Of a DNA stretch of 64,000 nt, positions 9,921 through 21,066 are shown piece by piece. The notes beneath the pieces are model-generated. The model searched no databases, was not told where the DNA came from, and saw only the letters and a list, made by a program, of their open reading frames with translations. The number at the start of each line of letters is the position of its first letter. The first letter of the stretch is position 1. The stretch comes from Candidatus Borrarchaeum weybense. Its GTDB lineage: Archaea > Asgardarchaeota > Sifarchaeia > Borrarchaeales > Borrarchaeaceae. The position numbers and the translations under genes are program-made. The stretch lies in the NCBI GenBank assembly GCA_019057385.1, contig JAHQJS010000004.1:480001-544000 (forward strand), read 5' to 3'.

Positions 9921-11816
9921 TTAGAAAGCTGCTGCCAACATCTCGTTGATGTGTGTCACTATATCTTTCCAATTTTGTACCTCTAACACCCTTCCGTTTT
10001 TAGCAAGTTGTTTGGCAAACCAAGGTCTGCCCTGCGGGATATAGAACACATTAACTTGATCAAAGAAATTCACAACATCCCTAGGATCTTCCCCATGCGT
10101 CCAGACACAATCTGAAATCAAAAACACAATTTTTTTTGGCGCATTTGTGCGTGTAAACTCATCTAAGGAAACTTCTAAAGCCCCTCTGATGTCTGTCAAC
10201 ATTGTGTGGCGAAGTGAGACGATATTAGTAACAACTCTATCAATTTGTCTTTCCTGATTTAATCCTTTTAACAGATACTGATCTGTATTATAAGCAATTA
10301 CACCAAAGTTGTCATGTTTGCGATTCATTGCATATGAAAGAATAGATGCGATAAGGATAGCTATCTCGATTTTCTCGCCTCTCATCGATTCAGAACAATC
10401 AACAAGGAGCATAGCCCCTCTACTAGTTGTTTCTCGTGATCTGACAATAAAATCTTCTTCTTTGGGATATACCTCTTGTACTAGATTTTCAATTGTACGC
10501 TCAATATCGAGATCGTCATCTCCATTAAACTTGTGAGGTCGTAAACGTCCTTCACGTCTTCCAAAAGGAGTAGCTCTAAGTGCACGCTTTAGAGCAACTT
10601 GCAATGATAATACTCTTGCCAATTGTTTCATATATTCCCTTGGTTGTCGTTTATGATATTCTATCCCGTCTGATGCGCTGTGAGTCGGGTGTGAATCGAA
10701 TGTCACAAGATTTTTTGCGTTCAATCCTGCAGGATGAGCCTCTCCAGAGACATTTTCAGAGGTCTTTTCAAGAGGAATTGGATATGCTGTACCTTCTATT
10801 TCTTCTGGAATTGCAACATTGATTTCTTCCATATCATCTTCTTCATCTTCGGGTGCTTGACTTTTTTTTTCAGGAAATAATTCTTTTTCTAATTCATCTT
10901 CTTCGCGATGTTCTTCTTTTTTTTCATCTCCTTCTCCTGGTCCTTCTGTGTCAATTTCACTTTGAAGTTCCTCAAAAATTGAGGAGATTATCTCGTAAAT
11001 TATTTCCTCTTCTGATTTGTTCGATGTAGGGGCTGGCCAAATTTTTAAGCGTAAGGAAACGATAGCAGCGTCGAGTAAATCTTCAAAGGTGTAGTTATCT
11101 TTTGCCCCATTCATTATCAACTGAATAAAATCGATTGCACCTCTTATACTTGCACCTGCTTTTAGATCTGGATGTTTTCTACTTCTTTGTATGATTTCAA
11201 CTGCTAGATCAATTAGCCATTCATCTTTGCATTGCGTGTTAACTTTAACTATTTGTATTTCTTCTTCTTTGGACTGATATAACATTTTTAGACTTACGAA
11301 CCGATCTAAAACCCCTCGGCTAATGCGCGAGACTCCAATATCGTCCAAGGGGTTTTGAGTCGCCACCACCGAGAAATTTGCATTAGCATTTACGTTTCCA
11401 TAACGCGGAATATCCATTGTCTTTTCACTAAGTGAAACAAGTAACACATTAAGTGTTTCAGGCGGTGCTCTATTGATTTCCTCTATGTAAAGTATACCTC
11501 CCTCTTCCATGGCTTTAGCCAATGGACCTTTTCGAAAATTCTCTTTTTTATAACCTGTCTGCAATACTGCTGAGGGATCAAAATGTCCGATCAACTTGGG
11601 TACGGTCAAATCTTCATTGCCTTCTACGAAATAAAATGGGACATCTAAAATTTCGCTAAAATTCCTAAGTATGGTTGTTTTTGAAGTTCCTGGTGCCCCC
11701 TCAAGAAGAACTGCCTTATCGGCAGCTAATGCACTTAATATAAGGCGAATTTCTTTTCGTCTTCCTACGATTTGTGCACAAACTCTACCGAATACGTCAT
11801 TTACGTCAATGTCCAT
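9921..11816 (-). CDS. MoxR-family AAA+ ATPase fused to a vWA domain
   Basis: GAPGTSKT Walker A, YIEEINRA, VVATQNP, DRF; acidic linker; MIDAS DCSESM. Confidence 0.9.
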   Translation of the reverse strand: MDIDVNDVFGRVCAQIVGRRKEIRLILSALAADKAVLLEGAPGTSKTTILRNFSEILDVPFYFVEGNEDLTVPKLIGHFDPSAVLQTGYKKENFRKGPLAKAMEEGGILYIEEINRAPPETLNVLLVSLSEKTMDIPRYGNVNANANFSVVATQNPLDDIGVSRISRGVLDRFVSLKMLYQSKEEEIQIVKVNTQCKDEWLIDLAVEIIQRSRKHPDLKAGASIRGAIDFIQLIMNGAKDNYTFEDLLDAAIVSLRLKIWPAPTSNKSEEEIIYEIISSIFEELQSEIDTEGPGEGDEKKEEHREEDELEKELFPEKKSQAPEDEEDDMEEINVAIPEEIEGTAYPIPLEKTSENVSGEAHPAGLNAKNLVTFDSHPTHSASDGIEYHKRQPREYMKQLARVLSLQVALKRALRATPFGRREGRLRPHKFNGDDDLDIERTIENLVQEVYPKEEDFIVRSRETTSRGAMLLVDCSESMRGEKIEIAILIASILSYAMNRKHDNFGVIAYNTDQYLLKGLNQERQIDRVVTNIVSLRHTMLTDIRGALEVSLDEFTRTNAPKKIVFLISDCVWTHGEDPRDVVNFFDQVNVFYIPQGRPWFAKQLAKNGRVLEVQNWKDIVTHINEMLAAAF

Positions 11817-12250
11817 AAGCGCAACACCAACTGCTGTAATTTTGTTTAGATGCCACAAAGCGCTACTATATAATAATCTCTAAAAGGTAACGACTTCTAA
11901 ATTTTCTTTTAAGTGAATTGATTAATCATGCTATCTGAGGAAATATTCACTTTAAAATTGTTTGCTTTCGTGTATGAACTAAAATGATACTACACATATG
12001 ACTTCCTCTTTTTGAAACTTCCTTTGGTCGCTAATCACTCATTCACCCGTTGTTCTCCAGTTGTATCTTTTTTGAAATCTCTATACTACTCACAGATAAC
12101 TTTTTACCTGCTGCGGGTTCTGAGACTGCTTGTAAGCATATAAAACTGTAAAAAACAGTATATTTAAAAACTGCGGGGAATGTTGCATAGTATATATAAG
12201 CCAATCATTATGTCATATTGCTTCTAAAAATAAAACACGAGGTAATAGAA

Positions 12251-13534
12251 ATGCCTAAAGTTAAAGTGTCGATAGCTAAAGCAGATAATTATGAAGAGGC
12301 GCAAACCGGTATCCGAGCTGTGATGGAGCCTTTAGGAGGCTTTGGTGCATTTATCAAGGACGGTCAGAGCGTCTGGCTCAAACCTAATATGGTGCGTCCA
12401 CTACCAAACGTTCCTGCGCTTACAGATGCGCGCTTCATGGCGGCTCTAATTAGAGAAATAAAAGAACAAACAGATCCCTCCAGAATTGTCGTTGCAGATG
12501 CACCCTACAGAGGATATCCTGGGGTGAAGGCCTTTAATTTTGAGGGAGAGTACAGCGGTTTAAAGATGAAAGAGACGTGTGAAAAGGAAGGTGCCGAGGT
12601 CATTTACCTGGATGAATACAAATGGGAGAAGGTCGAAATCCCAAGTGCCAAAGTACTTAAGGAAGCCGAGTTTTCCAAACTTCGCAACGAGGTAGATGTC
12701 ATTATCAACGTTCCTAAACTGAAGACCCATGTGCAACCAGGTATCACCGTAGCGCTAAAGAATTGGCATGGTTTCATCAGTTGGCCTTATCGCAGATTAT
12801 GGCATGCAGATAACCTCAGCCAGAAGTTGGTTGATATATTCAAAGGTCCTGGTGCGATGCCTGCTTTGAACATAGTAGATGGTATAATCGGTGTTCATGA
12901 ATTTGGTCCATCAATTGCAGGCCTACCTTATGATTCAAAGACGATAATAGCCAGTCCAGATCCCGTTGCAACCGATGCAGTCGCATCTTACATGATGGGC
13001 TGGGATGACCCGTTTCAGGTGGAAATGGTTAGAATTGGTCACTACGATGGTGTTGGCGTTGGAGATCTTAATGAAATTGAGATTGTTGGAGAGCCAATTT
13101 TTCAATTTGAAGATTGGATTCGTCCCAATATGGATCTCATCGCAGTATATCCTAATGTCAATGTAATAGTTGGTGGTCTTTGTGCTGGATGCAAATCGCG
13201 AGTAAAATTTGCGATGGAAAACATTTTGAAACGAGGACTTTGGGAAGAATACTTCGAGAAGCACGGCCCCCTTACAATAGTATGTGGAGTTGGCGCACGT
13301 TTGCCAGAGCCAAGCGAAGATGTGTGGTACGTAGGGGATTGCACACAATTTGGTCAGAAATGGGACGAAGAGGGAAATCCACGATTTGCCTGGGATGAAG
13401 AAACGGTTGCAGAACGTAGAAAGTTACTCGAAGATCCTAAAGCGGTATGGTTTAGAGGCTGCCCCGTATGGTTCACGGCTCTCTCGGATGAAATCAAAGA
13501 ACGAGTAAGGAAAGCAGCAGAAGCAGAAGCCTAA
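12251..13534 (+). CDS. DUF362 family protein with C-terminal Cys-containing domain
   Basis: VWLKPN, INVPKLKTH, ALKN, IVDGI, DPVATDAV; CAGC, GDC, GCP. Confidence 0.85.
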   Translation: MPKVKVSIAKADNYEEAQTGIRAVMEPLGGFGAFIKDGQSVWLKPNMVRPLPNVPALTDARFMAALIREIKEQTDPSRIVVADAPYRGYPGVKAFNFEGEYSGLKMKETCEKEGAEVIYLDEYKWEKVEIPSAKVLKEAEFSKLRNEVDVIINVPKLKTHVQPGITVALKNWHGFISWPYRRLWHADNLSQKLVDIFKGPGAMPALNIVDGIIGVHEFGPSIAGLPYDSKTIIASPDPVATDAVASYMMGWDDPFQVEMVRIGHYDGVGVGDLNEIEIVGEPIFQFEDWIRPNMDLIAVYPNVNVIVGGLCAGCKSRVKFAMENILKRGLWEEYFEKHGPLTIVCGVGARLPEPSEDVWYVGDCTQFGQKWDEEGNPRFAWDEETVAERRKLLEDPKAVWFRGCPVWFTALSDEIKERVRKAAEAEA

Positions 13535-13581
13535 CTCTCTTTTTTGCTACATTACCCTCTTTTTTATTTCATATTTTTCAA

Positions 13582-14571
13582 CTATCGATCCCAAGGTTTA
13601 ATCCCAGTAATGGCATCCTTAGTAAAGTCGAATACAGTTGATTTTTCCTTTCCGTCAGTTATGACTAATTGTTTATCTTCAGTTATTTCCCCAACAACTG
13701 CCGCTGCAATATTCTGTTTCTTAAAAATAGTTAACGCTTGTTTTGCCAAGTTTGGGTGCGTTGTAAGTAAATAACCGAACCCTGGGTTGACTCTCAGCCA
13801 ATCTTCTAAAGAGATCGAATCTGGCTTTGGAACGTTCCTGACATCCACCAGTGCCCCAGTCCCCGCTACTTCAAGCATCATTCCTAATGTTCCTATAATC
13901 CCAGGCATGCTCACATCTTTACAAGAGGTAGCTAACTTGAGATGTGCAATAGTTGTAATCGTCTCAAAATTCTTTCGAACGACATCTGGATCTTTAAATG
14001 AAGTATTATCAAAGCCAGTAAAGAGTGTTTCCTTTCCATCTGTATCGATGGTTACAATAAGAACATCACCAGGTCTTGAACCATGAGAATACAGAATTTC
14101 ATCTTTTTTTGCTGCACCAATCGTTGAACAATCAAGTGAGGGACTCGGGGCGTCCGGAATGATATGTCCTCCTAATATTGGACATCTAAATATCTCTGAT
14201 CCCTTCTTAAGACCGTGCATAATTTCTGCTAACGTTTCCTCGTTGTTAAAACTGATGACGCTTAAGAAGCCAAGTGGCTTACCACCCATAGCATAGATGT
14301 CCTTCACGTTAACTACAACACAAAAATATCCGGCATCTCTTGGATGTTTTTCAACAAACTGAGATCGCATGGCATCGTTCGTAAAAAGTACAACGTCATT
14401 TTGTCCGAGTTCTCGCAAATTTATTGCAGCAGAATCTTCTCCGTATGCTTCAAGCACGTAATTATTCTTTAACTTAGAGCCTAGAATCTCTGTTATTTTT
14501 TGAATTGGTTTTTTGCGTATAATACCCTCATTAAGCCTAAGATTCTTCGCTAATTCGTCCAAGTCAGTCAT
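13582..14571 (-). CDS. AIR synthase-like (PurM superfamily; methanogenesis marker 2-like) protein
   Basis: GEDSAAI, VNVKDIYAMGGKP, ILGGH, CKDVSMPGIIGTL. Confidence 0.8.
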   Translation of the reverse strand: MTDLDELAKNLRLNEGIIRKKPIQKITEILGSKLKNNYVLEAYGEDSAAINLRELGQNDVVLFTNDAMRSQFVEKHPRDAGYFCVVVNVKDIYAMGGKPLGFLSVISFNNEETLAEIMHGLKKGSEIFRCPILGGHIIPDAPSPSLDCSTIGAAKKDEILYSHGSRPGDVLIVTIDTDGKETLFTGFDNTSFKDPDVVRKNFETITTIAHLKLATSCKDVSMPGIIGTLGMMLEVAGTGALVDVRNVPKPDSISLEDWLRVNPGFGYLLTTHPNLAKQALTIFKKQNIAAAVVGEITEDKQLVITDGKEKSTVFDFTKDAITGIKPWDR

Positions 14572-14640
14572 ATTTGTTAACTCCCTGAGATCTTATGGGA
14601 AATTTCGTTTTTTATAGGATATCTAACTCTCTTTTCTCTT

Positions 14641-16101
14641 GTGGCTCTTTCTTACGAAAGATTCATAAAGCTGATGTTAGGGATAGGATGTGCTCTAAAG
14701 GAGGAAACGCCTATTCGGATCAAAATCTCTTCAATTTTTATAATTATTCTTCTTTGCGTCTCAGTAGCAGTTCTATGTTTGCCCGTTAAAGCCGATACAA
14801 ATGCCAACAACTCCTTGTTTGTGACAGGGTTACAAGGAGATTCGAACCTTATCAATAGTTACTATGTGTATGTAAATGATACACACCCCTCTTTTTCAGT
14901 AAAAGTTGATGTAAAATGGTGGAAAGGTTCAACTGAATCAAATATGAGGATTACAGTAGAAAAACCTGGTGGAACCCTTTACAAGCAGGAAGAAGTGTCA
15001 TATGGGACTACAGGTCTTATTGAACTATTAGTTAAAGCAAAGCAAGTTGGGGTATGGGAGGTAAGAATTGAATGCCTAAAAGCAGCTCCAGGTGACTTAT
15101 TAGTCGGATATTCGCTTAATGTCCCTGAATTGGACGGAAAAATATGGGCTGATGATCTTTGGATTTCTAATGAAGAAGGAGATGCTTTTGAATACTGGTT
15201 GGAAGTACATCGCTTCCTTGAAGGAAAAAGTTTTACACTAAATGTATTAAATGTAGATAGTCAAGGAAGAGTAGATTTACTCTTTCCAACAGGAAAATTA
15301 GCAGAACGTATGCAAATTCAACCTACTGAAAATGAGTGGAGTGCAACACAAGAAGTTCTCCATGAAGAAGGAGGTTTCTGGAAACTTCGCTTCGATGCTA
15401 ATTGGCAGGCAGCACACATCACTGTGATAGACCAGAATGAGGATACACTTCGCCTCTTTCTTGCGACACAGAATGATATTCCTCCACGACCGGGCCCTGT
15501 ATTATTCAATTACGTACAGGAACTAAAACTCACACAGGCAGAGCCATCAAAAATTACACTTGACATTTATAACGGTATCTCTGCCAGTTTTTATGTCATA
15601 GTAAGAACGAGCGGAGTAGGATTTACAGCTACTTCGCAAGAGATCTATATCGTGCCTGGTACAAATGTGGTATTTATTGACACATTGTTTTTGCCCTCAT
15701 CACCTTATGAATGGGGGAATAGGATCCTAAAGATAGATTTAATAGTTCAAAGCACTTACATGGACAGCGTTCTCGTTCCGGTCGATGTACAAATCAACAC
15801 ATCTAATATCATGATAGGTTATGTTTCTCCAACGATAGTAATCTTGGCATTAGCGTCTCAACTGATTGTATATAAGAAAGAAATGGATGAAAGTGGTAAA
15901 AAGTTAAGAATCACTCGCTGTGTACTAGGCTTCTTAATGGCCGTCTTTGGGATCACTAATGCCTTTGGATTTGCTATCGCAGATGTAATCGTTCACAGCA
16001 GCCTAACATTTGGTGGATACGTAACATTAGTAATCTCAGTAGCCACTACATTGCTTGGCTATCTTTGGCTACATCGCGGACTCACAGATCACTGGGTCTA
16101 A
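14641..16101 (+). CDS. Secreted/membrane-anchored protein with beta-rich ectodomain and 3 C-terminal TMs
   Basis: 486-aa ORF with hydrophobic N-terminal signal and C-terminal TM segments; start uncertain. Confidence 0.7.
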   Translation: MALSYERFIKLMLGIGCALKEETPIRIKISSIFIIILLCVSVAVLCLPVKADTNANNSLFVTGLQGDSNLINSYYVYVNDTHPSFSVKVDVKWWKGSTESNMRITVEKPGGTLYKQEEVSYGTTGLIELLVKAKQVGVWEVRIECLKAAPGDLLVGYSLNVPELDGKIWADDLWISNEEGDAFEYWLEVHRFLEGKSFTLNVLNVDSQGRVDLLFPTGKLAERMQIQPTENEWSATQEVLHEEGGFWKLRFDANWQAAHITVIDQNEDTLRLFLATQNDIPPRPGPVLFNYVQELKLTQAEPSKITLDIYNGISASFYVIVRTSGVGFTATSQEIYIVPGTNVVFIDTLFLPSSPYEWGNRILKIDLIVQSTYMDSVLVPVDVQINTSNIMIGYVSPTIVILALASQLIVYKKEMDESGKKLRITRCVLGFLMAVFGITNAFGFAIADVIVHSSLTFGGYVTLVISVATTLLGYLWLHRGLTDHWV

Positions 16102-16441
16102 CGCGACTTCTCTTATTTTTCTTTTCCATCTATAAAAAACGCTTGACTTGAATAAGACGGTTTCTATGGTAGCATCGTGAGATATTTAAGATGACAGTGA
16201 CATAATCTATTCGTCTAATAGCATACTTAGAAGTTATTATTCATAGTCTTTTAAGAAAAAAGAAAAACAATCTGATGTCATTATTACGCGCGCGAAAAGC
16301 CTTTAATGTGTCACCTGATAAGAACGTCATATTAAAAGTTTAAAAGAGAAAGTAGCTATAATTGAAAAACAATATACTCAAAGTTTTGAGTAGGTTAATA
16401 TCACAATCAGAAAATGAGATGAAGTATTCGGAGGATTAATT

Positions 16442-16999
16442 TTGGCTAAAATAACAGAAGTAAGATTTCATGGCAGGGGAGGTCAAGGCGTAGTTACTGC
16501 TAGCCGACTCCTTGCTAACGCAGCGATTCTTGAAGGAAAGTTTATACAAGCTTTCCCAGAGTTTGGTCCAGAACGAGCAGGGGCGCCAATCAAGGGGTAC
16601 ACACGAATCGGTGATGAAAAATTCACCATAAAATCGGCAATTTATACTCCTGACGTTGTTGCTGTAATCGATCCTACGTTACCAAGACTAGTGCCAGTCA
16701 CTGAAGGTCTAAAGGAGGGTGGAATTGTTGTCATTAACACTCCTCAAACTCCTGAAACTGTAAAGAGTGAACTTAATGTGCAAGGCACAGTAGCCGCTGT
16801 AAATGCAACGAATATTGCTCTAGAAACAATTGGGCGTCCAATTGCAAATACAGCAATCTTAGGTGCACTAGTAAAAGTCACTGATCTAGTAAAACTTGAT
16901 TCACTTTTTGAGGCACTTCTAGAGATTTTCAAAGGTGGCGTCGGCCAGAAAAATGTTGACGCAATTAAAAGAAGTTATGAGGAGGTTAAAGTTGCATGA
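16442..16999 (+). CDS. porG: Pyruvate/2-ketoisovalerate:ferredoxin oxidoreductase gamma subunit
   Basis: RFHGRGGQGVVTA, FPEFGPERAGAP. Confidence 0.95.
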   Translation: MAKITEVRFHGRGGQGVVTASRLLANAAILEGKFIQAFPEFGPERAGAPIKGYTRIGDEKFTIKSAIYTPDVVAVIDPTLPRLVPVTEGLKEGGIVVINTPQTPETVKSELNVQGTVAAVNATNIALETIGRPIANTAILGALVKVTDLVKLDSLFEALLEIFKGGVGQKNVDAIKRSYEEVKVA

Positions 17000-17307
17000 C
17001 CATCCAAGACGAGTACAGGAAAAAGGGTTGGAAAGACTTGCCCCCAGGCGGAATAGTCGATCGACCAGCGACAGCTCTTGATTATAAGACTGGAACGTGG
17101 CGAGCATTTCGCCCAATTCGCAACAAAGACAAAAAAATTTGTCAGAATCCCGAAAACTGTTTGATTTGCTGGGCTCTCTGTCCTGATGCAGCAATAAAAA
17201 GGGTAGAACCTAACGAACTAGAATTCGATATGGACTATTGTAAGGGCTGCGGAGTTTGTGCCCTTGAATGTCCTCTAAAGGCAATTGAAATGGAACAGGA
17301 GGAATAA
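16996..17307 (+). CDS. porD: 2-oxoacid:ferredoxin oxidoreductase delta subunit
   Basis: TGTWRAFRP, YCKGCGVCALECP. Confidence 0.95.
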   Translation: MTIQDEYRKKGWKDLPPGGIVDRPATALDYKTGTWRAFRPIRNKDKKICQNPENCLICWALCPDAAIKRVEPNELEFDMDYCKGCGVCALECPLKAIEMEQEE

Positions 17308-17314
17308 TGGTAAA

Positions 17315-18499
17315 ATGGCAAAAGCTAAAACTCTAGGTATGATGGGTGACTTCGCAGTCGCAGAAGCCGCTAAGTTGTGTAACCCAGATGTGATTGCAGC
17401 ATATCCAATTACACCTCAAACAATCATTGTTGAGCGACTCTCGGAGTTTGTGGCAGAAGGTGAACTAGATTGCGAGTATATTTGTGTTGAATCAGAACAC
17501 TCTGCTATGTCTGCGTGCTTTGGTGCGTCAGCAACGGGTGCAAGAGTATTTACTGCCACTGCGTCGCAAGGACTGGCTCTTATGATTGAAATAGTCTATA
17601 TTGTCGCATCAGCCAGATTTCCAATTGTTATGGCAATTGCTGATCGCGCGCTTTCCGGTCCGATCAACATTCACTGCGATCATAGCGATGCCATGTTGGC
17701 ACGCGATTCTGGATGGATTCAGTTATTTGCAGAAGATTGTCAAGAAGCGTATGATACCACTATTCAGTCGTTCAAAATTGCTGAAGACAAACGGGTGTCA
17801 CTCCCAGTAATGCCCTGCTTGGACGGGTTCGTTTTAACGCATTCAATTGAGCCAGTTACAATACTCCCGATCGATGACGAAGAAACACTTGACGGATTCC
17901 TACCACTGCGTGACCCGCTTTATAAACTTGACATAGAGGCACCAATCGCTCAAGGACTGTTAGCACTTCCTGATTTCTTTATGGAGATCAAGCGTGGACA
18001 GCAGGAAGCTCACTTGAAATCCATAGATGTTGTCAAAGATGTAATTCAGGACTTTGGTGATAGATGGGGTCGTTATTATCCAGTTGTTGAGCCTTACCGA
18101 ATGGATGATGCTGAAGTAGCAGTTATAACGATAGGATCAGCTACAGGAACCGCAAGAGTTGCCGTCGATGTACTACGAGAGGAAGGTAAAAAGGTCGGAC
18201 TTGTGAAATTACGTTGTTTCAGACCATTTCCAGAAAAGGACTTACAGGCGGCGCTCAAAAATGTTCAAGCAGTCGGTGTATGTGACAGAGCAATTTCATT
18301 TGGAGCTACAGGACCATCTTATGCTGATGTAGCAGGTGCATTGTATGGTAGAGGACCGCTTCTTAAAAACTTCATTATCGGTCTAGGTGGTAAAGATATC
18401 ACAATTGATACTTTCAGAACAATATATGACAAACTGTATGCTGACTTAGCAAAAGGAGAAGTAGAAGAAAAAGTTGAATGGATAGGAATAAGAGAATGA
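17315..18499 (+). CDS. porA: 2-oxoacid:ferredoxin oxidoreductase alpha subunit
   Basis: AAYPITPQT, VESEHSAMSA, TATASQGL. Confidence 0.95.
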   Translation: MAKAKTLGMMGDFAVAEAAKLCNPDVIAAYPITPQTIIVERLSEFVAEGELDCEYICVESEHSAMSACFGASATGARVFTATASQGLALMIEIVYIVASARFPIVMAIADRALSGPINIHCDHSDAMLARDSGWIQLFAEDCQEAYDTTIQSFKIAEDKRVSLPVMPCLDGFVLTHSIEPVTILPIDDEETLDGFLPLRDPLYKLDIEAPIAQGLLALPDFFMEIKRGQQEAHLKSIDVVKDVIQDFGDRWGRYYPVVEPYRMDDAEVAVITIGSATGTARVAVDVLREEGKKVGLVKLRCFRPFPEKDLQAALKNVQAVGVCDRAISFGATGPSYADVAGALYGRGPLLKNFIIGLGGKDITIDTFRTIYDKLYADLAKGEVEEKVEWIGIRE

Positions 18500-18500
18500 G

Positions 18501-19481
18501 GTGAAAAATATGGCAGATTATCCAAATCGTTTGGCAGATTTACCTAAAGAAGAACGTTCAGTCTCATCAGGACATCGACTTTGTACAGGATGTGCAGCAG
18601 GCACAGTCGCCCGCCTTGTTGGGAAAGCAGTCCCTGATAAACCGTTGATGTGGGTGAATGCCACGTGCTGTATGGAAGTTGCAACAACGATCTATCCATT
18701 CGCAGCTTGGCACATCCCATGGATTCATAACGCTTTCGAAAATGCGGCAGCTACAGCGTCAGGTGTGCGTGCAGGACTTGATGTATTAATGAGGAAAGGT
18801 CGAATTCCACAACAGGACACGGAGGTCATTGCCATCGGTGGAGATGGTGGGACCTATGATATCGGTATTCAGGCAGTAAGTGGAGCAATTGAGCGGGGGC
18901 ATGACTTTGTTTATATCTGTTATGACAACGAAGCTTATATGAACACTGGTATTCAAAGAAGTGGTGCCACAATGCATGCCGCATGGACAACGACATCTCC
19001 AGCTGGAGAAGTGGTGCCTGGCAAAAAAGAATTTAAAAAACCGCTTTTGAGGATCGTTGCGGCTCATGGACTAGAATATTGCGCCACCGCGAGTGTATCT
19101 CATCCGCTTGACTTTGTCCGAAAGGTTAAGCGTGCAGTTGACGTCAAAGGGCCAGCTTTCGTGCATGTTATTCAGCCGTGCCTGAGAGGGTGGCGGTTCG
19201 AGACGTCCCAATCATTCCAAGTAGCGCGGTTAGCTGTTGAATCACGCTTCTTCCCACTTTACGAAGTGTACCATGGATACAAATTCGTCCTTAACTATCC
19301 CAATCCAGCGATGTCGAAAGTTCCTATCGAAGATTATCTAAACAAGCAAGGTAGACTAAGACATCTGTTTAGACCAGAGAAAAACCAAGAGATCATTGAT
19401 GTTATTCAGAACCACGTTGACCTAGAATGGAACAAACTTCTTGAACTTGCTGAATTCTCAGAGAAATCGGCAATCTATTAA
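18501..19481 (+). CDS. porB: 2-oxoacid:ferredoxin oxidoreductase beta subunit (TPP-binding)
   Basis: GHRLCTGC, GGDGGTYDIG, YDNEAYMNTGIQRS. Confidence 0.95.
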   Translation: MKNMADYPNRLADLPKEERSVSSGHRLCTGCAAGTVARLVGKAVPDKPLMWVNATCCMEVATTIYPFAAWHIPWIHNAFENAAATASGVRAGLDVLMRKGRIPQQDTEVIAIGGDGGTYDIGIQAVSGAIERGHDFVYICYDNEAYMNTGIQRSGATMHAAWTTTSPAGEVVPGKKEFKKPLLRIVAAHGLEYCATASVSHPLDFVRKVKRAVDVKGPAFVHVIQPCLRGWRFETSQSFQVARLAVESRFFPLYEVYHGYKFVLNYPNPAMSKVPIEDYLNKQGRLRHLFRPEKNQEIIDVIQNHVDLEWNKLLELAEFSEKSAIY

Positions 19482-19707
19482 CCTATACCTTCTTTTTTTA
19501 TTTCCATTTAAAAACTAATTTTTTCGTTTACTAGTTCTATAGTTTTGAACGGTCTTCTTACAGCATTTCTTTTTTTTAACTTTAAGTACGAAAAGCCTCA
19601 AGACAAAATATAAACTTCTGCAAAAAAGAATTCAGTCTATTCCCTTTAATGCTATGATGTTTTTTATATGTATCAAGTGATTAGTTATTCTACAAATTTA
19701 AAATCTA

Positions 19708-20046
19708 ATGAAATCAGTAGCAATAGGATGTCATTTCTTGAGCGAGAAAAAAATCAGCGATAAAAGAAGAAAAGAGAAGGCACTTAAAGAATTGAGGAAA
19801 TTACAAAAAGAAATGATAGATAAATTTTCTACATTGATTACAACAGCATTTGGTTTTGTTGTAGCGTTTGCTTGGAACGGTGCGTTTCAAGCAATCTTCC
19901 GTAACATCTTTGGAATAACCAATGAAGTAGTTCCTTCGGTAACATATGCGATAGTTGTGACCGTAATTGCAGTCATTGTAACAATCTGGATAAGCAAGCT
20001 AGCTAGAAGATATAAAACGATCGAACAACACATAGTAACAAGTTAA
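19708..20046 (+). CDS. Small two-TM membrane protein (DUF5654-like)
   Basis: TLITTAFGFVVAFAWN...YAIVVTVIAVIV. Confidence 0.65.
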   Translation: MKSVAIGCHFLSEKKISDKRRKEKALKELRKLQKEMIDKFSTLITTAFGFVVAFAWNGAFQAIFRNIFGITNEVVPSVTYAIVVTVIAVIVTIWISKLARRYKTIEQHIVTS

Positions 20047-20124
20047 AAAAGACTTGTTATAATTGATTGCATAGAAAAGAAAACGTATTATTGTCAACAA
20101 AATCCCTGATAGGAGGCTTTCGAT

Positions 20125-21066
20125 GTGATTACTATAATATCTGGTGGATTGCAAACGACCAAATTTTTAGAAGGGCTTTTACGAGTTATACCGCAAGAAA
20201 AACTTGGGATCATAGTTAACACTATGAATAATTTAGAAATTTTAGGATTGGATATCTATCCCGACCTAGAATATTTGTTATTTCTTTTAGCCGGTAAACT
20301 GGATATTCGATATTGGGAGACCATCCAAAATGATACTTATAGTTTTATGAACGCCTTATCTTATTTGACGAACAAAGAAGACCTATGGTTTCGTTTTGGC
20401 GACACACTCATTACTCAAATCATCTTCCGCGAGCATCTTATGACTAAAGGTGCATTCTTTTCAGAAGCAATCACCATAATTGCCGAAAAACTTGGTATTA
20501 AAGCAAGAGTTCTTCCAATGACAGACGCCAAAGTTATTTTCCAAGTGATTACCGATCAAGGGAATTTATCCTTTATGGAATACCGCAATAAGGAACTTCA
20601 AGGAATCATAAAAGAAGTAAAAAAGATTGAATACGTTGGGATCGATAAGGCGGAAGTACATCCCAAAATAAAGGATACACTGTCTAACAGTGATGCAATA
20701 ATCATAGGTCCAAGTAATCCTCCGTTAAACATCGAGCCTATGCTTGCTTTTGAGGAGATTAAAAATACGATTGAAAAATCAGGTGGTAATGTTATTGCGA
20801 TAAGCCCTGTCTTAGGTGATGAACCGATTGATCAACCTATGAGGAGGCTTATGGAGGAAGCCCTAGGAATTGGTACATCAATTCTCGATATTGTTGAACA
20901 TTATCCAGGTCTCATAGATACACTAATTATAGATGAATCTGACGAAGAGCATAAAGAAAAACTTGAGGAGATGGGCATGGAGGTAATCGTAACAACGGTC
21001 AAACTTAGTTCCCAAGAAAATAGAATAAAGTTAGCTGAAATCGTCTCAAAACTACTGGAAACTTAG
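20125..21066 (+). CDS. cofD: 2-phospho-L-lactate transferase (CofD)-like protein
   Basis: IVNT, PDLE, WFRFGD, VLPMTD, IIIGPSNP, AISP. Confidence 0.75.
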   Translation: MITIISGGLQTTKFLEGLLRVIPQEKLGIIVNTMNNLEILGLDIYPDLEYLLFLLAGKLDIRYWETIQNDTYSFMNALSYLTNKEDLWFRFGDTLITQIIFREHLMTKGAFFSEAITIIAEKLGIKARVLPMTDAKVIFQVITDQGNLSFMEYRNKELQGIIKEVKKIEYVGIDKAEVHPKIKDTLSNSDAIIIGPSNPPLNIEPMLAFEEIKNTIEKSGGNVIAISPVLGDEPIDQPMRRLMEEALGIGTSILDIVEHYPGLIDTLIIDESDEEHKEKLEEMGMEVIVTTVKLSSQENRIKLAEIVSKLLET

